The translations under genes were made by a program, and so were the position numbers. From Candidatus Nanohaloarchaea archaeon (lineage in GTDB: Archaea > Nanohalarchaeota > Nanosalinia > Nanosalinales > Nanosalinaceae): 64,000 bases of DNA. The notes beneath the pieces are model-generated. The model ran no database searches and was not told the DNA's origin. It worked only from the letters and a program-made list of their open reading frames with translations. Where the stretch lies: assembly GCA_013343275.1 (NCBI GenBank), contig CP046106.1:384001-448000 (forward strand). The letters run 5' to 3'. This document shows, in pieces, positions 17,404-27,568 of this stretch; position 1 is the first letter of the stretch; every line of letters starts with the position of its first letter.

Positions 17404-19518
17404 CTATGAGGCCTCCCTGTACGGGATTCTGAAGTGGCCTTCGATGTTGTTCGGTATATGGGCTGGTGCTGGCATATGGCCCTCTACTCCACCGATCTTG
17501 TCCTGATTCTCACGGAGGAACTGTTCAATCTCTCTTTCCCTGTCCATAATGTTATCACGGCCCAGGAAGTCCATTCTAACCACGTAAGGTTCCTCTCCAT
17601 CGAGTTCGGCCTCGTACATTTCCTCGAAAGAGTCAAGCTGTACAGTCTGCATTGAATCAAAGTCAGGCCTTTCTCCATCAACAGCTCTATGCTTGGGCCT
17701 CATCTGTGTGAGATATACTTCATCGCCGTCGGTCACATACTCTAGATCTATATCTCCAAAGGTTTCATGTAGTTCCTCAAGATCCTCCGCCATTCCTTCC
17801 ATAGCTGTACCTTCAACCAATCTGTCTATAGTTTCACCGCTGTATGTTTCGCCTTCTCCTTCTACAGCGCTTTCTGCATCCTCGGCCTCGCTGATAGAGT
17901 AGCTTTCATCGGTAAGATGTACTACTCCACCTCTTTCGTGCTCAACTGCATCCTGGAGTATTACGCTGATGCCGCCGCCGTGCGTCATACCTTTGTCTTC
18001 TCGAGCATTGACTGCTTTCTCGGAGAAGTAGCTTTTGACTACATCCTTGACAGCCTGGCCTGGGGAGCCATCAGCATTGAACGAGTCGTACGTTCCTGCG
18101 AAGTTGGAGGCGCCGTCCTCTCCGTACATGCTGGATCGGGCAATAGTATCTTCACCAACACCCTCGACATACTCGCTGACATCTATATCGTCAATTCTAT
18201 CGATTACTTCTTCTCTCCTCTCTTCATCCATCTCGAAGACATCCTCCTCAACGAGCTCCTGCACTCCGGCATCTTCAAGCATCTGCTCAACGCCAACCGA
18301 GGAGACAACTTTCCCATCCGGGATCTCGTATCCAAGATCAAAGGCCTCCTGCGCATCGTTCAGCAGTTTCAGGCCTTTCCATTTTCCGCCTACAAGACCT
18401 GAGTACATGGCAGGATCGTCCATAGTGAACTCCGTGTAATTACTGCGGCCTTCGGAAAGTTCTTCATCTATTCTCTGCTCCCATTCGTCGACGGAGTCCT
18501 GGAAACTTTCTCTGTCGCCTAGGGTTTCTCCATCAACTTCTATTCCTTCGTCAAGCAGCCAGGAAAGTGCTAGGCCTTTAGGACTGGTTGCATCGCCTAT
18601 TTCATCCAGGTCGCTGTGAATAGCTCTTCCTTCTATCTTTTCCATTCCATCATCAGCTGGAGCACAGATGCTGTCGTACTGGTCGCCCTCTGGGCCTCCT
18701 TCTTTGATGTTGAGAGGCATCCAGTTGTGGAAACGGATGAAGGTGTTGTAGAACTTCCCGAACTCTGCGTTGGTATCGAAACGGGAGTTAGCAAGATCTG
18801 TTAGAACCTGTGCCGAGTCATCAAGGAACTCCTGATCGTAATCTCCAAGGCCGTGCATCTCTTCCAGCATGTCCACTGCCTCGTCAATTTGTGTATGTTC
18901 TCTTTCTACAACTGAGGAAAGCCTTATAGCAGCCCTATTCCATTCTTCCTCATCCATGTTCTCTCTGAGTGCTGGCAGCACTGTTTCAAGGCTGTCAAGC
19001 CCTCCTGCAACCATCGATGCATCCTCGCCGTTCAGGAAAGGATTAAGCTCTTCAGCGTCTCCACCTACGAGACCTTCAATTCCGTAGAAATCTGCGAGAT
19101 GTTTCCAGCCAGCCGTGAACTTACCCATTTTATCTTCAAGCGTGTCATCGGCCTCCATCTCCGCGATCACATTATCGTCTACATAGATATCAGCCAGGAG
19201 GTTGTCCATCATTTCTTTGCTGAGGCCTGGGTTTTGCTTCATTCTGCTGTAGAAATCCTGTACTACTTGCTGGGCCTCTTCGTTTCGTTCCAGTTCTTCG
19301 GCAAAGCTGCTGCCGTTCTCCTCGGCTTCCTGCATTACTTCTTCTAGCAGTTCCTCTTCGCCGGTAACTGAGAAGGGCATTGTATAGTATTCAAATCGTT
19401 TGAAAGTTCCAGCTTCTTCTCCTTCTACGTTTACAGTGAATTCGTCGTCTTCGATGTCTCCGAAGACGTTACCTTCTGGCAGCTTTCTCTCGCCGCCATC
19501 TTGCCCTTCTACTGACAT
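17404..19518 (-). CDS. PPDK/PEP-synthase-like ATP-grasp protein with unknown N-terminal domain and degenerate C-terminal His domain
   Basis: VGGK..GL, IPDG, ARSS..GED..NFAGTYDS, VILQ, DLEY..Q.RP; start MSVEG at 19518. Confidence 0.75.
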   Translation of the reverse strand: MSVEGQDGGERKLPEGNVFGDIEDDEFTVNVEGEEAGTFKRFEYYTMPFSVTGEEELLEEVMQEAEENGSSFAEELERNEEAQQVVQDFYSRMKQNPGLSKEMMDNLLADIYVDDNVIAEMEADDTLEDKMGKFTAGWKHLADFYGIEGLVGGDAEELNPFLNGEDASMVAGGLDSLETVLPALRENMDEEEWNRAAIRLSSVVEREHTQIDEAVDMLEEMHGLGDYDQEFLDDSAQVLTDLANSRFDTNAEFGKFYNTFIRFHNWMPLNIKEGGPEGDQYDSICAPADDGMEKIEGRAIHSDLDEIGDATSPKGLALSWLLDEGIEVDGETLGDRESFQDSVDEWEQRIDEELSEGRSNYTEFTMDDPAMYSGLVGGKWKGLKLLNDAQEAFDLGYEIPDGKVVSSVGVEQMLEDAGVQELVEEDVFEMDEERREEVIDRIDDIDVSEYVEGVGEDTIARSSMYGEDGASNFAGTYDSFNADGSPGQAVKDVVKSYFSEKAVNAREDKGMTHGGGISVILQDAVEHERGGVVHLTDESYSISEAEDAESAVEGEGETYSGETIDRLVEGTAMEGMAEDLEELHETFGDIDLEYVTDGDEVYLTQMRPKHRAVDGERPDFDSMQTVQLDSFEEMYEAELDGEEPYVVRMDFLGRDNIMDREREIEQFLRENQDKIGGVEGHMPAPAHIPNNIEGHFRIPYREAS

Positions 19519-19608
19519 GTTTTCCACCTTAAAGTAACAATTGTTCAAGACTTAAATGGTTGGCGCTGGAGAGGCCAGAAATTTAACCCTGCAGAACAAA
19601 TATCGACT

Positions 19609-20481
19609 GTGAAATATGTCTGCATAACTGATATCCACAGTTACCTCGATCAAGCCATTGGTGCACTTAAGGAACTGGAAAAAGAGACAGGAATGCAGTT
19701 AATGCAGGGAGAGCAGTGGAGTTCGGAACATAAGCTGATTTTGAATGGAGACATGTTTGATAGAGGCCCTCAGAACAGGGAAACTCTGGAATGGGCACTG
19801 GAAAACGCAGATGTATACAATATAGGCAACCATGAGTTCTTCGCTATGTTTCCAGATATAGTCAACGAGTTCATGAGCGAGGCCTACTTCGAGAACCACG
19901 GTGAGGAAGGCCTTTACTGGAAGAACATGGATGAAGAAGTCAGGCATAGACTTCTTGAGGCCGTTGCCGAAGGCAAGATCACCGCCGCATTCAAAGGTCC
20001 AGAATACATTTACAGTCATTCAGGCAGTGACGAAGGCCCGGACGTAGAAGTTCTCAACCGTAAACTGAGAGATGTAGGTGAGAAGCTGCTTGAAGCCCAT
20101 GAAGAAATGATGGCCGGTGATGAAGAAGCCTTTGAGAGAGCGCAGAGAGAACTTATGCATATTGTTGAAACAGATAACGGCAGAGAGCTTGAGGGCTGTC
20201 CGGAACTTTTTGATGTAACTAGAGATAGCGAGGGCCGGACCTCTACCGGAGGTATTGTGTGGAACCGTTTCTACAATTTAGATACAGAAGTTCCTCAGGT
20301 GGTAGGCCACACAATGGGCATATACATGGTTAACGAAGGATTCGACTGGAATCCTCAATGGCGAGGAGAGGTCCTGAATATCAACACGATAAGAGATTAT
20401 GTACGTGGCGATTCTCCTGTAGCTATTACCGTAGAAGACAGGACAGAGATAGATGTTTTCCTACTCAGGCCTAAGAAATAG
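19609..20481 (+). CDS. Calcineurin-like metallophosphoesterase (PPP-like)
   Basis: DIH, GDMFDRG, GNHE, HSG, VGHT. Confidence 0.85.
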   Translation: MKYVCITDIHSYLDQAIGALKELEKETGMQLMQGEQWSSEHKLILNGDMFDRGPQNRETLEWALENADVYNIGNHEFFAMFPDIVNEFMSEAYFENHGEEGLYWKNMDEEVRHRLLEAVAEGKITAAFKGPEYIYSHSGSDEGPDVEVLNRKLRDVGEKLLEAHEEMMAGDEEAFERAQRELMHIVETDNGRELEGCPELFDVTRDSEGRTSTGGIVWNRFYNLDTEVPQVVGHTMGIYMVNEGFDWNPQWRGEVLNINTIRDYVRGDSPVAITVEDRTEIDVFLLRPKK

Positions 20482-20554
20482 GCTTCTGTATATCTAAGCG
20501 GAGATGTATTTAGGTAGCTGTATAAACAAGATAAGTATAAATGTAGAAAACTAG

Positions 20555-20669
20555 TCTGGCAGCGTCCCGAGGCTTCCGCCGAAAAGGCAGTACTGCTCGG
20601 ATCGCAGAGAGACTTTACTTCCGTGTTCGGAATGGGTACGGGTGTAACCCTCTCGCTGTGGCCGCCAGT
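20555..20669 (-). rRNA. rrf: 5S rRNA, stand-alone
   Basis: Minus strand CTGGCGGCCACAGCG...ACACCCGTACCCATTCCGAACACGGAAGTAAAG...AGTACTG...CGCTGCCAG; own TATA-like box near 20695. Confidence 0.95.
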
Positions 20670-20775
20670 ATGGTAACATACCTTCTGTAACTCTTATAAA
20701 CACTTCCTCAACGAGAGGTTTCGGGGATCTTGATCAGTGGTCTTAAAACAGTCCTCTGTCTTCTTTCATGTAACA

Positions 20776-22026
20776 ATGCTTGAACCGGTAATGTGGGTTC
20801 TGTACGCAATAGTACTTTACATAACGTTCTTCCTTCTAGTGACACTTTTCGACAAAGGCCACATCAAGCCCGATAGGAAGGGAATCAACGAGTACCCCTC
20901 ACTCTCGTTGATTATCCCTGCCTACAATGAGGAAGAAACAATCGCCATGACTATCGACTCGGCGCTCGACATCAACTATCCTCGGGACAAGTACGATATA
21001 ATCGTTGTTAACGACGGCAGCACCGATTCAACTCTTGAAGAGGCAAAGAAGTTTGAGGAAAACGAGAACGTAACTATAATAGACAAAGAGAACGGAGGGA
21101 AAGGTTCAGCACTGAATGCAGGGGTTCGAGAATCCGATTCAGAAGTCGTAGCATGTGTAGATGCAGATTCTATTCTCCAAGAGGACTCCCTCAAGCACAT
21201 GGTCGCAGAGATGGGAGATGAGTATGCAGGCGTGGCCTCTGCGATGAAAGTTTACAGGCCTGACAACATGCTGCAGAAGCTGCAGTGGGTAGAGTACATC
21301 GTAGGTATCTTCACAAGGAACATTATGGGCCTAATGAATGCCATACACGTAACACCAGGGCCTCTCTCAGTATATGACAGGGAGAAGATTATCGAGGTAG
21401 GAATGTTTGATGAGGACTCACTGGTGGAGGACCAGGAGATCTGCTTCCGGCTGCAGGAAGAGCACTACAAGATAGGCCACGCTAGCCATGCAGAAGTCTA
21501 CACTGTCGCACCATCTACATGGGAGGAGTTCAAGGCCCAGAGATACAGGTGGTACAGAGGTTCTCTTGAGACAGCGATACAGTACAAGCATATGCTTTTC
21601 AACAGAGATTATGGGGATCTCGGAATGTTTGCAGTACCTGCCAAACTTGCGCAGACCTTCCTCTCACTTGTAGTCCTGTTCATCACACTCTACATGTTTG
21701 GAAGGCCTCTTGTAGAGTTCTTAGTGGAGTTCGCCAAGATAGGCTGGTATGTATTTCAGTTCGAACCATTAACGCTTTCCTCGCTGGCGAACCAGATCTA
21801 CTGGAGCCTCATCAGCATAAGATACACCACGTTCTTCTTCATAGCAGCGCTGTTCGGCACATCCATAACTATGGCCTACTTCGCCTCAAAACACACCAAG
21901 GAGAACCTGCTGAAACAGGGTATTCTTCCCGTAGCAGCCTATCTTGGGTTCTTCGTATTTATCAATGGCTACCTCTGGCTGAAAGTCATAGTCAGCATGC
22001 TGAAAGGCACAGAGAGAACATGGTGA
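20776..22026 (+). CDS. Processive GT2 glycosyltransferase (CESA/PgaC-like)
   Basis: PAYNEE, NDGSTD, DAD, ED, QRYRW, C-terminal TMs. Confidence 0.9.
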   Translation: MLEPVMWVLYAIVLYITFFLLVTLFDKGHIKPDRKGINEYPSLSLIIPAYNEEETIAMTIDSALDINYPRDKYDIIVVNDGSTDSTLEEAKKFEENENVTIIDKENGGKGSALNAGVRESDSEVVACVDADSILQEDSLKHMVAEMGDEYAGVASAMKVYRPDNMLQKLQWVEYIVGIFTRNIMGLMNAIHVTPGPLSVYDREKIIEVGMFDEDSLVEDQEICFRLQEEHYKIGHASHAEVYTVAPSTWEEFKAQRYRWYRGSLETAIQYKHMLFNRDYGDLGMFAVPAKLAQTFLSLVVLFITLYMFGRPLVEFLVEFAKIGWYVFQFEPLTLSSLANQIYWSLISIRYTTFFFIAALFGTSITMAYFASKHTKENLLKQGILPVAAYLGFFVFINGYLWLKVIVSMLKGTERTW

Positions 22027-22094
22027 GTAGTACTCTCTTTCATCGATCACTCCCCCCAAAACATTTTTATATTTACCACTCAATAATAACAACT

Positions 22095-22640
22095 ATGAGA
22101 ACTATTGGTGAAGGACTTGAACAGGCTGGTTCGGAGTTTGAAGACTCTTATGACCAGATGATTCAGGCTATCGAAGACGAAGGGCAGATGAGTGACTCTG
22201 CCGAAGATTATTTTGAAGAGGCGCACAGCTATATCTCCGAAGAGCTTGGAGATTTCCAAACCGGAGTGCTTTCTGCACACCAGAAAATACAGGATGCATC
22301 CGACATAGATGATGCTGAGGGCGCAACCGAGTCATTAGAAGATGCAGGTCAAAGCCTAGCAAATGCATATAATGCAGCAAGAGTTGCGTACAACAAAGCC
22401 GAAGGCGTGATTTCAAACGGTGACGAAGCAATCACCTCCGACATCTCTGCTATAGACATGTCTCAAGATATGAGCGAGCTGCACGATGCAGTAGATCAAA
22501 AGGAGCAGGCCTTTGAAATGTACCAGGATGTACTTGATACTGCATCTGCTGAAGTCGCCGAGTTCTACGAAGATCATGGCCTGATAAGCAACATGGACTT
22601 CGGACTTGAGCACCAGCAACCGGAAGAGCTTGATTTCTAA
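22095..22640 (+). CDS. Hypothetical acidic helical/coiled-coil protein
   Basis: Start MRTIGEG at 22095 after an AT-rich promoter. Confidence 0.65.
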   Translation: MRTIGEGLEQAGSEFEDSYDQMIQAIEDEGQMSDSAEDYFEEAHSYISEELGDFQTGVLSAHQKIQDASDIDDAEGATESLEDAGQSLANAYNAARVAYNKAEGVISNGDEAITSDISAIDMSQDMSELHDAVDQKEQAFEMYQDVLDTASAEVAEFYEDHGLISNMDFGLEHQQPEELDF

Positions 22641-22732
22641 CATATCCACTTCTCAATTTTTTCTATCAGAACCATCACTCCAGCACCTTCCTATCGTTGC
22701 TTTTTTACGTGGCCTCTGTAAAGGATGTGCGT

Positions 22733-22825
22733 ATGGTGGATGACGAAGACCTCTTCTCCGCCGACGAGGACAGTGAAGACTCTGACTTTGATTTCGATTC
22801 AGACTTCGGCGAAGAAGAGGAGTAG
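22733..22825 (+). CDS. 30-aa hyperacidic peptide
   Basis: MVDDEDLFSADEDSEDSDFDFDSDFGEEEE*; T-rich box about 25-30 nt upstream. Confidence 0.5.
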   Translation: MVDDEDLFSADEDSEDSDFDFDSDFGEEEE

Positions 22826-22992
22826 AGGCCTTTAGTAGAGGTTTCCGGTGTGCACCATGTTCCGAGCGGCTTCCGACCTTGAGTTCCACATATCCGCTTT
22901 CTTCTTAATCAAGAAGTTTTGTAGGGAAAAAGAGGGCAGCACCTCTAATACGGCAGCAACTTTTTTAAATCTAGCTTGCAAACGTTAGGGTT

Positions 22993-23814
22993 GTGTCTAC
23001 CAAATCCAAATACAGTCTGGACGACGTACTTACACCTCAAGAACTTCAAACGCTTCAAACCCCAGATAACATAGATGAAAGACCTGATGCAGAAGTTGTT
23101 GAGTGGGGAGATACCTCTGCAGTCACCACACCAGGTTTCTCCATAGCTTCCTCGATTGAACGCTTCCAAGGCGGAAATCTATCACCCGCACAGGAATCAG
23201 CCCTCAGAGGATTTTCCAACGAGTTTTCAGAACACGGAGAGAATGTCCTATTCATGGATGACGAATTAAGAGAGGTCCTTGGGGACGAAGTAGTCGCCAG
23301 AGTGCAGGGATTTGAAGAGGCATACGTAGCAAAGGTTCTATCCCCTGATCAAGCGATGGACATAGTTGAAAGGTACGATGACCAGTATCTGGGAGATGTT
23401 GTCCAGAGATTTGGTGAGGAGATAGATAGCAACCATGCAGTGCTACCTGCTATTTACAACGATACAGGATTGATAGAGGAGAGGCCTGTAGCACTGATGG
23501 AGGGAGAAGGCCTTATGGCAGGTGAAGACAGCATACCTGTAGAGAAGATGCTTGATGAGGAAGAGGATGATGTCGGAAAGGTAGATCCTCAGTCGATCTC
23601 CATGAAACGATATCCTGCACCGGAAGATGTTGAGGCCAGTTTTTACCTGGATGTACAGCTTCCTGCACATTACGATGAAGCAAGTTACCAGGTAGAGAAC
23701 AACAGTATTGTAATAGAGGCTGATGGACAAAAAGAGCTCCAGAGCTTTGCAACTCCTCCAGAGATTATAGAAGAAGATGAAAACAACGGAGTGTACAGCT
23801 TCGAGATAAAATAA
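22993..23814 (+). CDS. Hypothetical protein with possible C-terminal Hsp20-like domain
   Basis: C-terminus LDVQLP...SIVIEA...NNGVYSFEI resembles the alpha-crystallin fold. Confidence 0.55.
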   Translation: MSTKSKYSLDDVLTPQELQTLQTPDNIDERPDAEVVEWGDTSAVTTPGFSIASSIERFQGGNLSPAQESALRGFSNEFSEHGENVLFMDDELREVLGDEVVARVQGFEEAYVAKVLSPDQAMDIVERYDDQYLGDVVQRFGEEIDSNHAVLPAIYNDTGLIEERPVALMEGEGLMAGEDSIPVEKMLDEEEDDVGKVDPQSISMKRYPAPEDVEASFYLDVQLPAHYDEASYQVENNSIVIEADGQKELQSFATPPEIIEEDENNGVYSFEIK

Positions 23815-23840
23815 ATTCTTTCTTCCCAATTTCTCTTTTT

Positions 23841-24170
23841 ATGGAAGAGCTAATCCAGGATCTCAGAAAGATAGAAGGAGTAAAGGCCGTAAGGAAACAG
23901 TCCGGGCCTGTACTGAAGATAGAATTATTTCACCGTGAGATCCCTGCCAGCGAGGCCGTCGATATACTTGGTGATCTCAGAAGCATTTCTCAGAGTATCG
24001 TCAGTATTCTCGATGAGGCCCGCAGTGACGGAGAGTTCGAATCCTGGGAATGGATTCAGAAACCGGAGAAAAAGTATCAGGAGACTTCTCTGGGCCGAAA
24101 CAGCAGTGTATCCGACAGAAAGGATAAAGGTCACAGGCCGGGATATTACCGCGTCTCAATCATTGAATGA
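23841..24170 (+). CDS. Hypothetical protein
   Basis: 109 aa ORF filling the intergenic space. Confidence 0.65.
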   Translation: MEELIQDLRKIEGVKAVRKQSGPVLKIELFHREIPASEAVDILGDLRSISQSIVSILDEARSDGEFESWEWIQKPEKKYQETSLGRNSSVSDRKDKGHRPGYYRVSIIE

Positions 24171-24173
24171 GAG

Positions 24174-25133
24174 CTAGGGATACCAGTTGACTTTCTTGAG
24201 CTGGCTTGAATGCTTGTAGCTGGGGTCTGAGTCGTATTCGATCACGTATCTGACGGTGAGGTTTTGTTTTTCTGCTTCGTAAGGTATTGAGAACATTAGG
24301 TCGGTTGTTATGGATTCTCCTGGTTTCAGTGTGGCGGCATAGTTTTCTTTGTAGTTGATGGCGCCTGAGGCCGTGTAGGTCTCGTAGCGGGTGCCGTTGT
24401 ACACTACGTAGAATTCGTCGCTTCTGACAGTCTCGATTTTGCTGTTGCCTACGTTTTTGAATTTGACTGTGGCGACTGCGTACTGGTTGTTGATTCTGTA
24501 AGGTGTTTTCTTGTGGACTTCGCCATCGGATCTGTACTTGTAGTAATAGATCAATTCAAGATTCTTGACGGTGTATGACACGTTCCACTGGGTCACATAG
24601 CTTTCGCCCATCGAAAGGTCTGGAACTGTCACATTGAGTCTCTGTTCTGCGATTGGCTCGGAGTCAACCCAGCCGCGGGATGGATCCTCGGTCGGCGCAA
24701 TCTTGGTCCTCCAGTCAAAGAAAGATACACCGGTTTCGACTCCCTGTCTCATGAAAGTAAACTTTTTTGTCTCTCCAGGCCCTAACGTAACGTTAAACTG
24801 CAGATCCTGCAACCTGGTAGTAAAATCATCAGGATGCCTCTTCAGCAAGCGGAAACGCTCAGAACCTTTTTTCCCTCCGATATTCTTCAAAGTCAAGTTA
24901 ATACTGTATTTCTCACTCAGCGAGACTTTGTCCGGCATCGAAAAGCTCACGACATTTATCTGGGTCTCGTCGGCCATGTCAGGGCTCCGAGAGGACTCCT
25001 CAGGCTGTGAAGCTGTCTGGTCCGAAGTATTGTTTCCGGTTTTCGGCGGTGTAGAGCTATCTGTACATCCTGATACGGCCACTACAGTTGAAAGTAAAAG
25101 AATTATTGCGAGCTTCTGGAATCCGGATTCCAT
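24174..25133 (-). CDS. Lipoprotein with Ig-like (CARDB/DUF4352-like) domains
   Basis: Lipobox VSGC; TLKNIG, LGPGETK; VKFKNVG, LKPGES..F.IP. Confidence 0.7.
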   Translation of the reverse strand: MESGFQKLAIILLLSTVVAVSGCTDSSTPPKTGNNTSDQTASQPEESSRSPDMADETQINVVSFSMPDKVSLSEKYSINLTLKNIGGKKGSERFRLLKRHPDDFTTRLQDLQFNVTLGPGETKKFTFMRQGVETGVSFFDWRTKIAPTEDPSRGWVDSEPIAEQRLNVTVPDLSMGESYVTQWNVSYTVKNLELIYYYKYRSDGEVHKKTPYRINNQYAVATVKFKNVGNSKIETVRSDEFYVVYNGTRYETYTASGAINYKENYAATLKPGESITTDLMFSIPYEAEKQNLTVRYVIEYDSDPSYKHSSQLKKVNWYP

Positions 25134-25192
25134 GTGAAAGATTTCACAGGCCTTTCTTTAAGAAACAGCAGGCTGACAGCCAAGGCCTCTAC

Positions 25193-27568
25193 CTATACTG
25201 CCTGGACCGTGCTTCCCTCTTTATCTTTCTGGACTTGGATGATGTTGTCAGCTTTTTCCCGGCCTATTCCGTGGTGTGTTATCAGCAGGATCTGGTTGAA
25301 CTGTTTGACTGCGTTCTGTATTTTTTCCAGCAAGTTTTCCCGGTTATCAGAGTCTGTTGCGTCAGTTGGTTCGTCGATCATGAGGAAGTCGGTGCCTGTC
25401 ATTTCTGCGAGCGCTAGCTGGTATGCGAGTGCTGTCAGTGTTCTCTGGCCTCCTCCCTGGTAGTCGCTGATAGAGTACTCGCGGTCCGCATTCTGTGGGA
25501 CTCCTTTCAGCCTGTAATCGTCTCTGTCGATAGCAAGATGACTGAACTCAGGTTCTACGGCCAGTTCCTGATACCATCTATAGACCTTTCTCTCCAGCTT
25601 ACGGATATTCTCCTCGCGCATTTTTGACTCGGCCAACGAGTACTTCTCAGAGGCCTCCTTCACCTCTTCAACTCTTTCCTGTAGTTGCTCCAGTCTCTCT
25701 ACTTCCTCCCGAACCTCTTCTACACGTTCCTTTATTTCTTCCAGTCTTTCCTGCTCCTCTTCTACAGCCCGAGCCTTCTCTCCCCGCCTTTTCTCCATCT
25801 CCTCGACCTTCGATTTTAGAGAGTTATACCTAGAGAGGGCCTTGTCCTTGGTTTCCTCCACATCTTCCAGCCTAACATCGATCTCGTCATACTCTATTTC
25901 CAAGCCTTCAATCCTCGACTCCAGTTCATCCAGTTTTTCTCTGCGGCCCTCCAGTTTCTGGTTCTTTTTCTCCAGTTCTTCTCTGTCGGACTCTACACCA
26001 GAGATCTCTTTCTCAAGGCTATTCCTACGTTCACGGAGCTCCTCTATTTTCTCCTCAATAGATTCAGCATCTCGTTTCTCGAGGCCTTCCTCAAGAAGCT
26101 GTTTGTCCTCTTCAAGGTCCTCCAGATTCTCTTCGAGTTCTTCGATCGTGTCAGAGAGTTCTTCCTTCTCATCTTCGGCCTCTTCAATCTGCTCCTCTAC
26201 TTCCTCAAGATCTTCTTTTTTGCTGGAAAGTTCCCCAAGTTTCTCTTCCTGATCCTCTTTCTTATCGATTTTTTCCTCGATCGCGGACAGCTCTTCTCTG
26301 ACGTCGTCAATCCGCTGATGGTATTGGTCCAGGTTTTCCACTTCTCGGCCGCAGACCTCGCATTCTCCCTTGTCATGTGTTTTCTCAAGGTCATCCAGTC
26401 GGGCCTTTTTCTCGCTCCGTTTCTCACGCAGCTCCTTCAGCTCCTCTTCAACTTCTTCCAGCGATTTATCAGTATCGTATTCATCTATCTCAGTCTGTAA
26501 CTCCTCTTTCTCATCTTCAAGATCTTCAATACGGGCCTCTACATCCTTCAGGCCCTCCGATTTCTCATCTATTTTCTCCTGCAGATTCTCTATCTTCAGT
26601 TCCTTTCTATCCAGTCTTTTGCGGACCTCCTCTATTTTCTCGGCCTCTTCCTCCACTGACTCGAATTTTTCATCTACCTGCTCCAGTTCCTCCTCGAGCT
26701 CGGCCTCCCTATCACCGATTTCGGCGTCATACTCTCGTCTGATCTCCTCTATATCTTCTTCCAGTGATTCTATGAACTCCTGCTGTTTCTCTATCTCGCG
26801 CTCTATCTTGGAGGCCTTTCTCAACTTCCTGTATTGTTCCTGTAGCTCATCTTTCTTCTCTACGGCCTCTTCAAGCTCCTCTCTTCTCTCTTCGAGTTCT
26901 TCTTCGAGTTCCTCCAGCGAGCCCTGTTTTTCTTCAAGCTCTTCCTCTGTATCTTCCTTCTGTTCTTCCAGTTCTTGTTCCCTCTCTTTTTTCTCTTCCA
27001 GGCCCTGGATCTCCTGTTCTTTACGGGATATGACTTCTGAGAGCGCATCTGACAGTATGTCGACTGTTTTGATGTCGAAGATGTAGTCCATGGCCTCCTG
27101 CTGTCTTCTTCCGCCCTCTACTTTCTCCACGAACTTCTGCTGGGCTGCGTAGTTGACGTGTTCTATCTTCTTTGAATCGAGGCCTGTGATCTGGAACACC
27201 TGTTTCCTGACGTCGTTGACTTTTGCACCACCGTCTTTCGATTCGAGAGTCTGTTCCTCGCCGTTACTTAGTAATCCTACCTCGTAATTCCCCCTACCGT
27301 TCTCTGAGTACTCCGAGACAACATAGTAGCTATCACCGCTAACAGAGAACTCAAGCCGGGCCTTCATACCAGTTTCAGAAAAATTAATGTATTCTTTCGG
27401 GCTTCGAAAGTTGAAGGCCTCTCCTGTCAATGCAAAGTATATTGCATAAAGGATTGAGGATTTTCCTGCATTGTTCGGGCCTTCTATCAGGTTCAGGCCT
27501 CCCGTAAAGTTTATCTCGGCGTCCTTCAGTTTTCTGAAGTTTTCGAGTTCCAGTTTCTCCAGTTTCAC
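25193..27568 (-). CDS. rad50: Rad50/SbcC-like SMC-family ATPase
   Basis: LENFR, Walker A GPNNAGKS, long coiled coil with CEVC zinc hook, IDEPT, ITH; coupled to mre11. Confidence 0.85.
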   Translation of the reverse strand: MKLEKLELENFRKLKDAEINFTGGLNLIEGPNNAGKSSILYAIYFALTGEAFNFRSPKEYINFSETGMKARLEFSVSGDSYYVVSEYSENGRGNYEVGLLSNGEEQTLESKDGGAKVNDVRKQVFQITGLDSKKIEHVNYAAQQKFVEKVEGGRRQQEAMDYIFDIKTVDILSDALSEVISRKEQEIQGLEEKKEREQELEEQKEDTEEELEEKQGSLEELEEELEERREELEEAVEKKDELQEQYRKLRKASKIEREIEKQQEFIESLEEDIEEIRREYDAEIGDREAELEEELEQVDEKFESVEEEAEKIEEVRKRLDRKELKIENLQEKIDEKSEGLKDVEARIEDLEDEKEELQTEIDEYDTDKSLEEVEEELKELREKRSEKKARLDDLEKTHDKGECEVCGREVENLDQYHQRIDDVREELSAIEEKIDKKEDQEEKLGELSSKKEDLEEVEEQIEEAEDEKEELSDTIEELEENLEDLEEDKQLLEEGLEKRDAESIEEKIEELRERRNSLEKEISGVESDREELEKKNQKLEGRREKLDELESRIEGLEIEYDEIDVRLEDVEETKDKALSRYNSLKSKVEEMEKRRGEKARAVEEEQERLEEIKERVEEVREEVERLEQLQERVEEVKEASEKYSLAESKMREENIRKLERKVYRWYQELAVEPEFSHLAIDRDDYRLKGVPQNADREYSISDYQGGGQRTLTALAYQLALAEMTGTDFLMIDEPTDATDSDNRENLLEKIQNAVKQFNQILLITHHGIGREKADNIIQVQKDKEGSTVQAV

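Noticed and set aside
25624-27086. Long Ser/Phe-rich ORFs antisense to rad50 (also opposite copB, pyk, ftsZ, metG)
   Set aside because: Shadow frames of Glu/Asp-rich genes; no independent motifs
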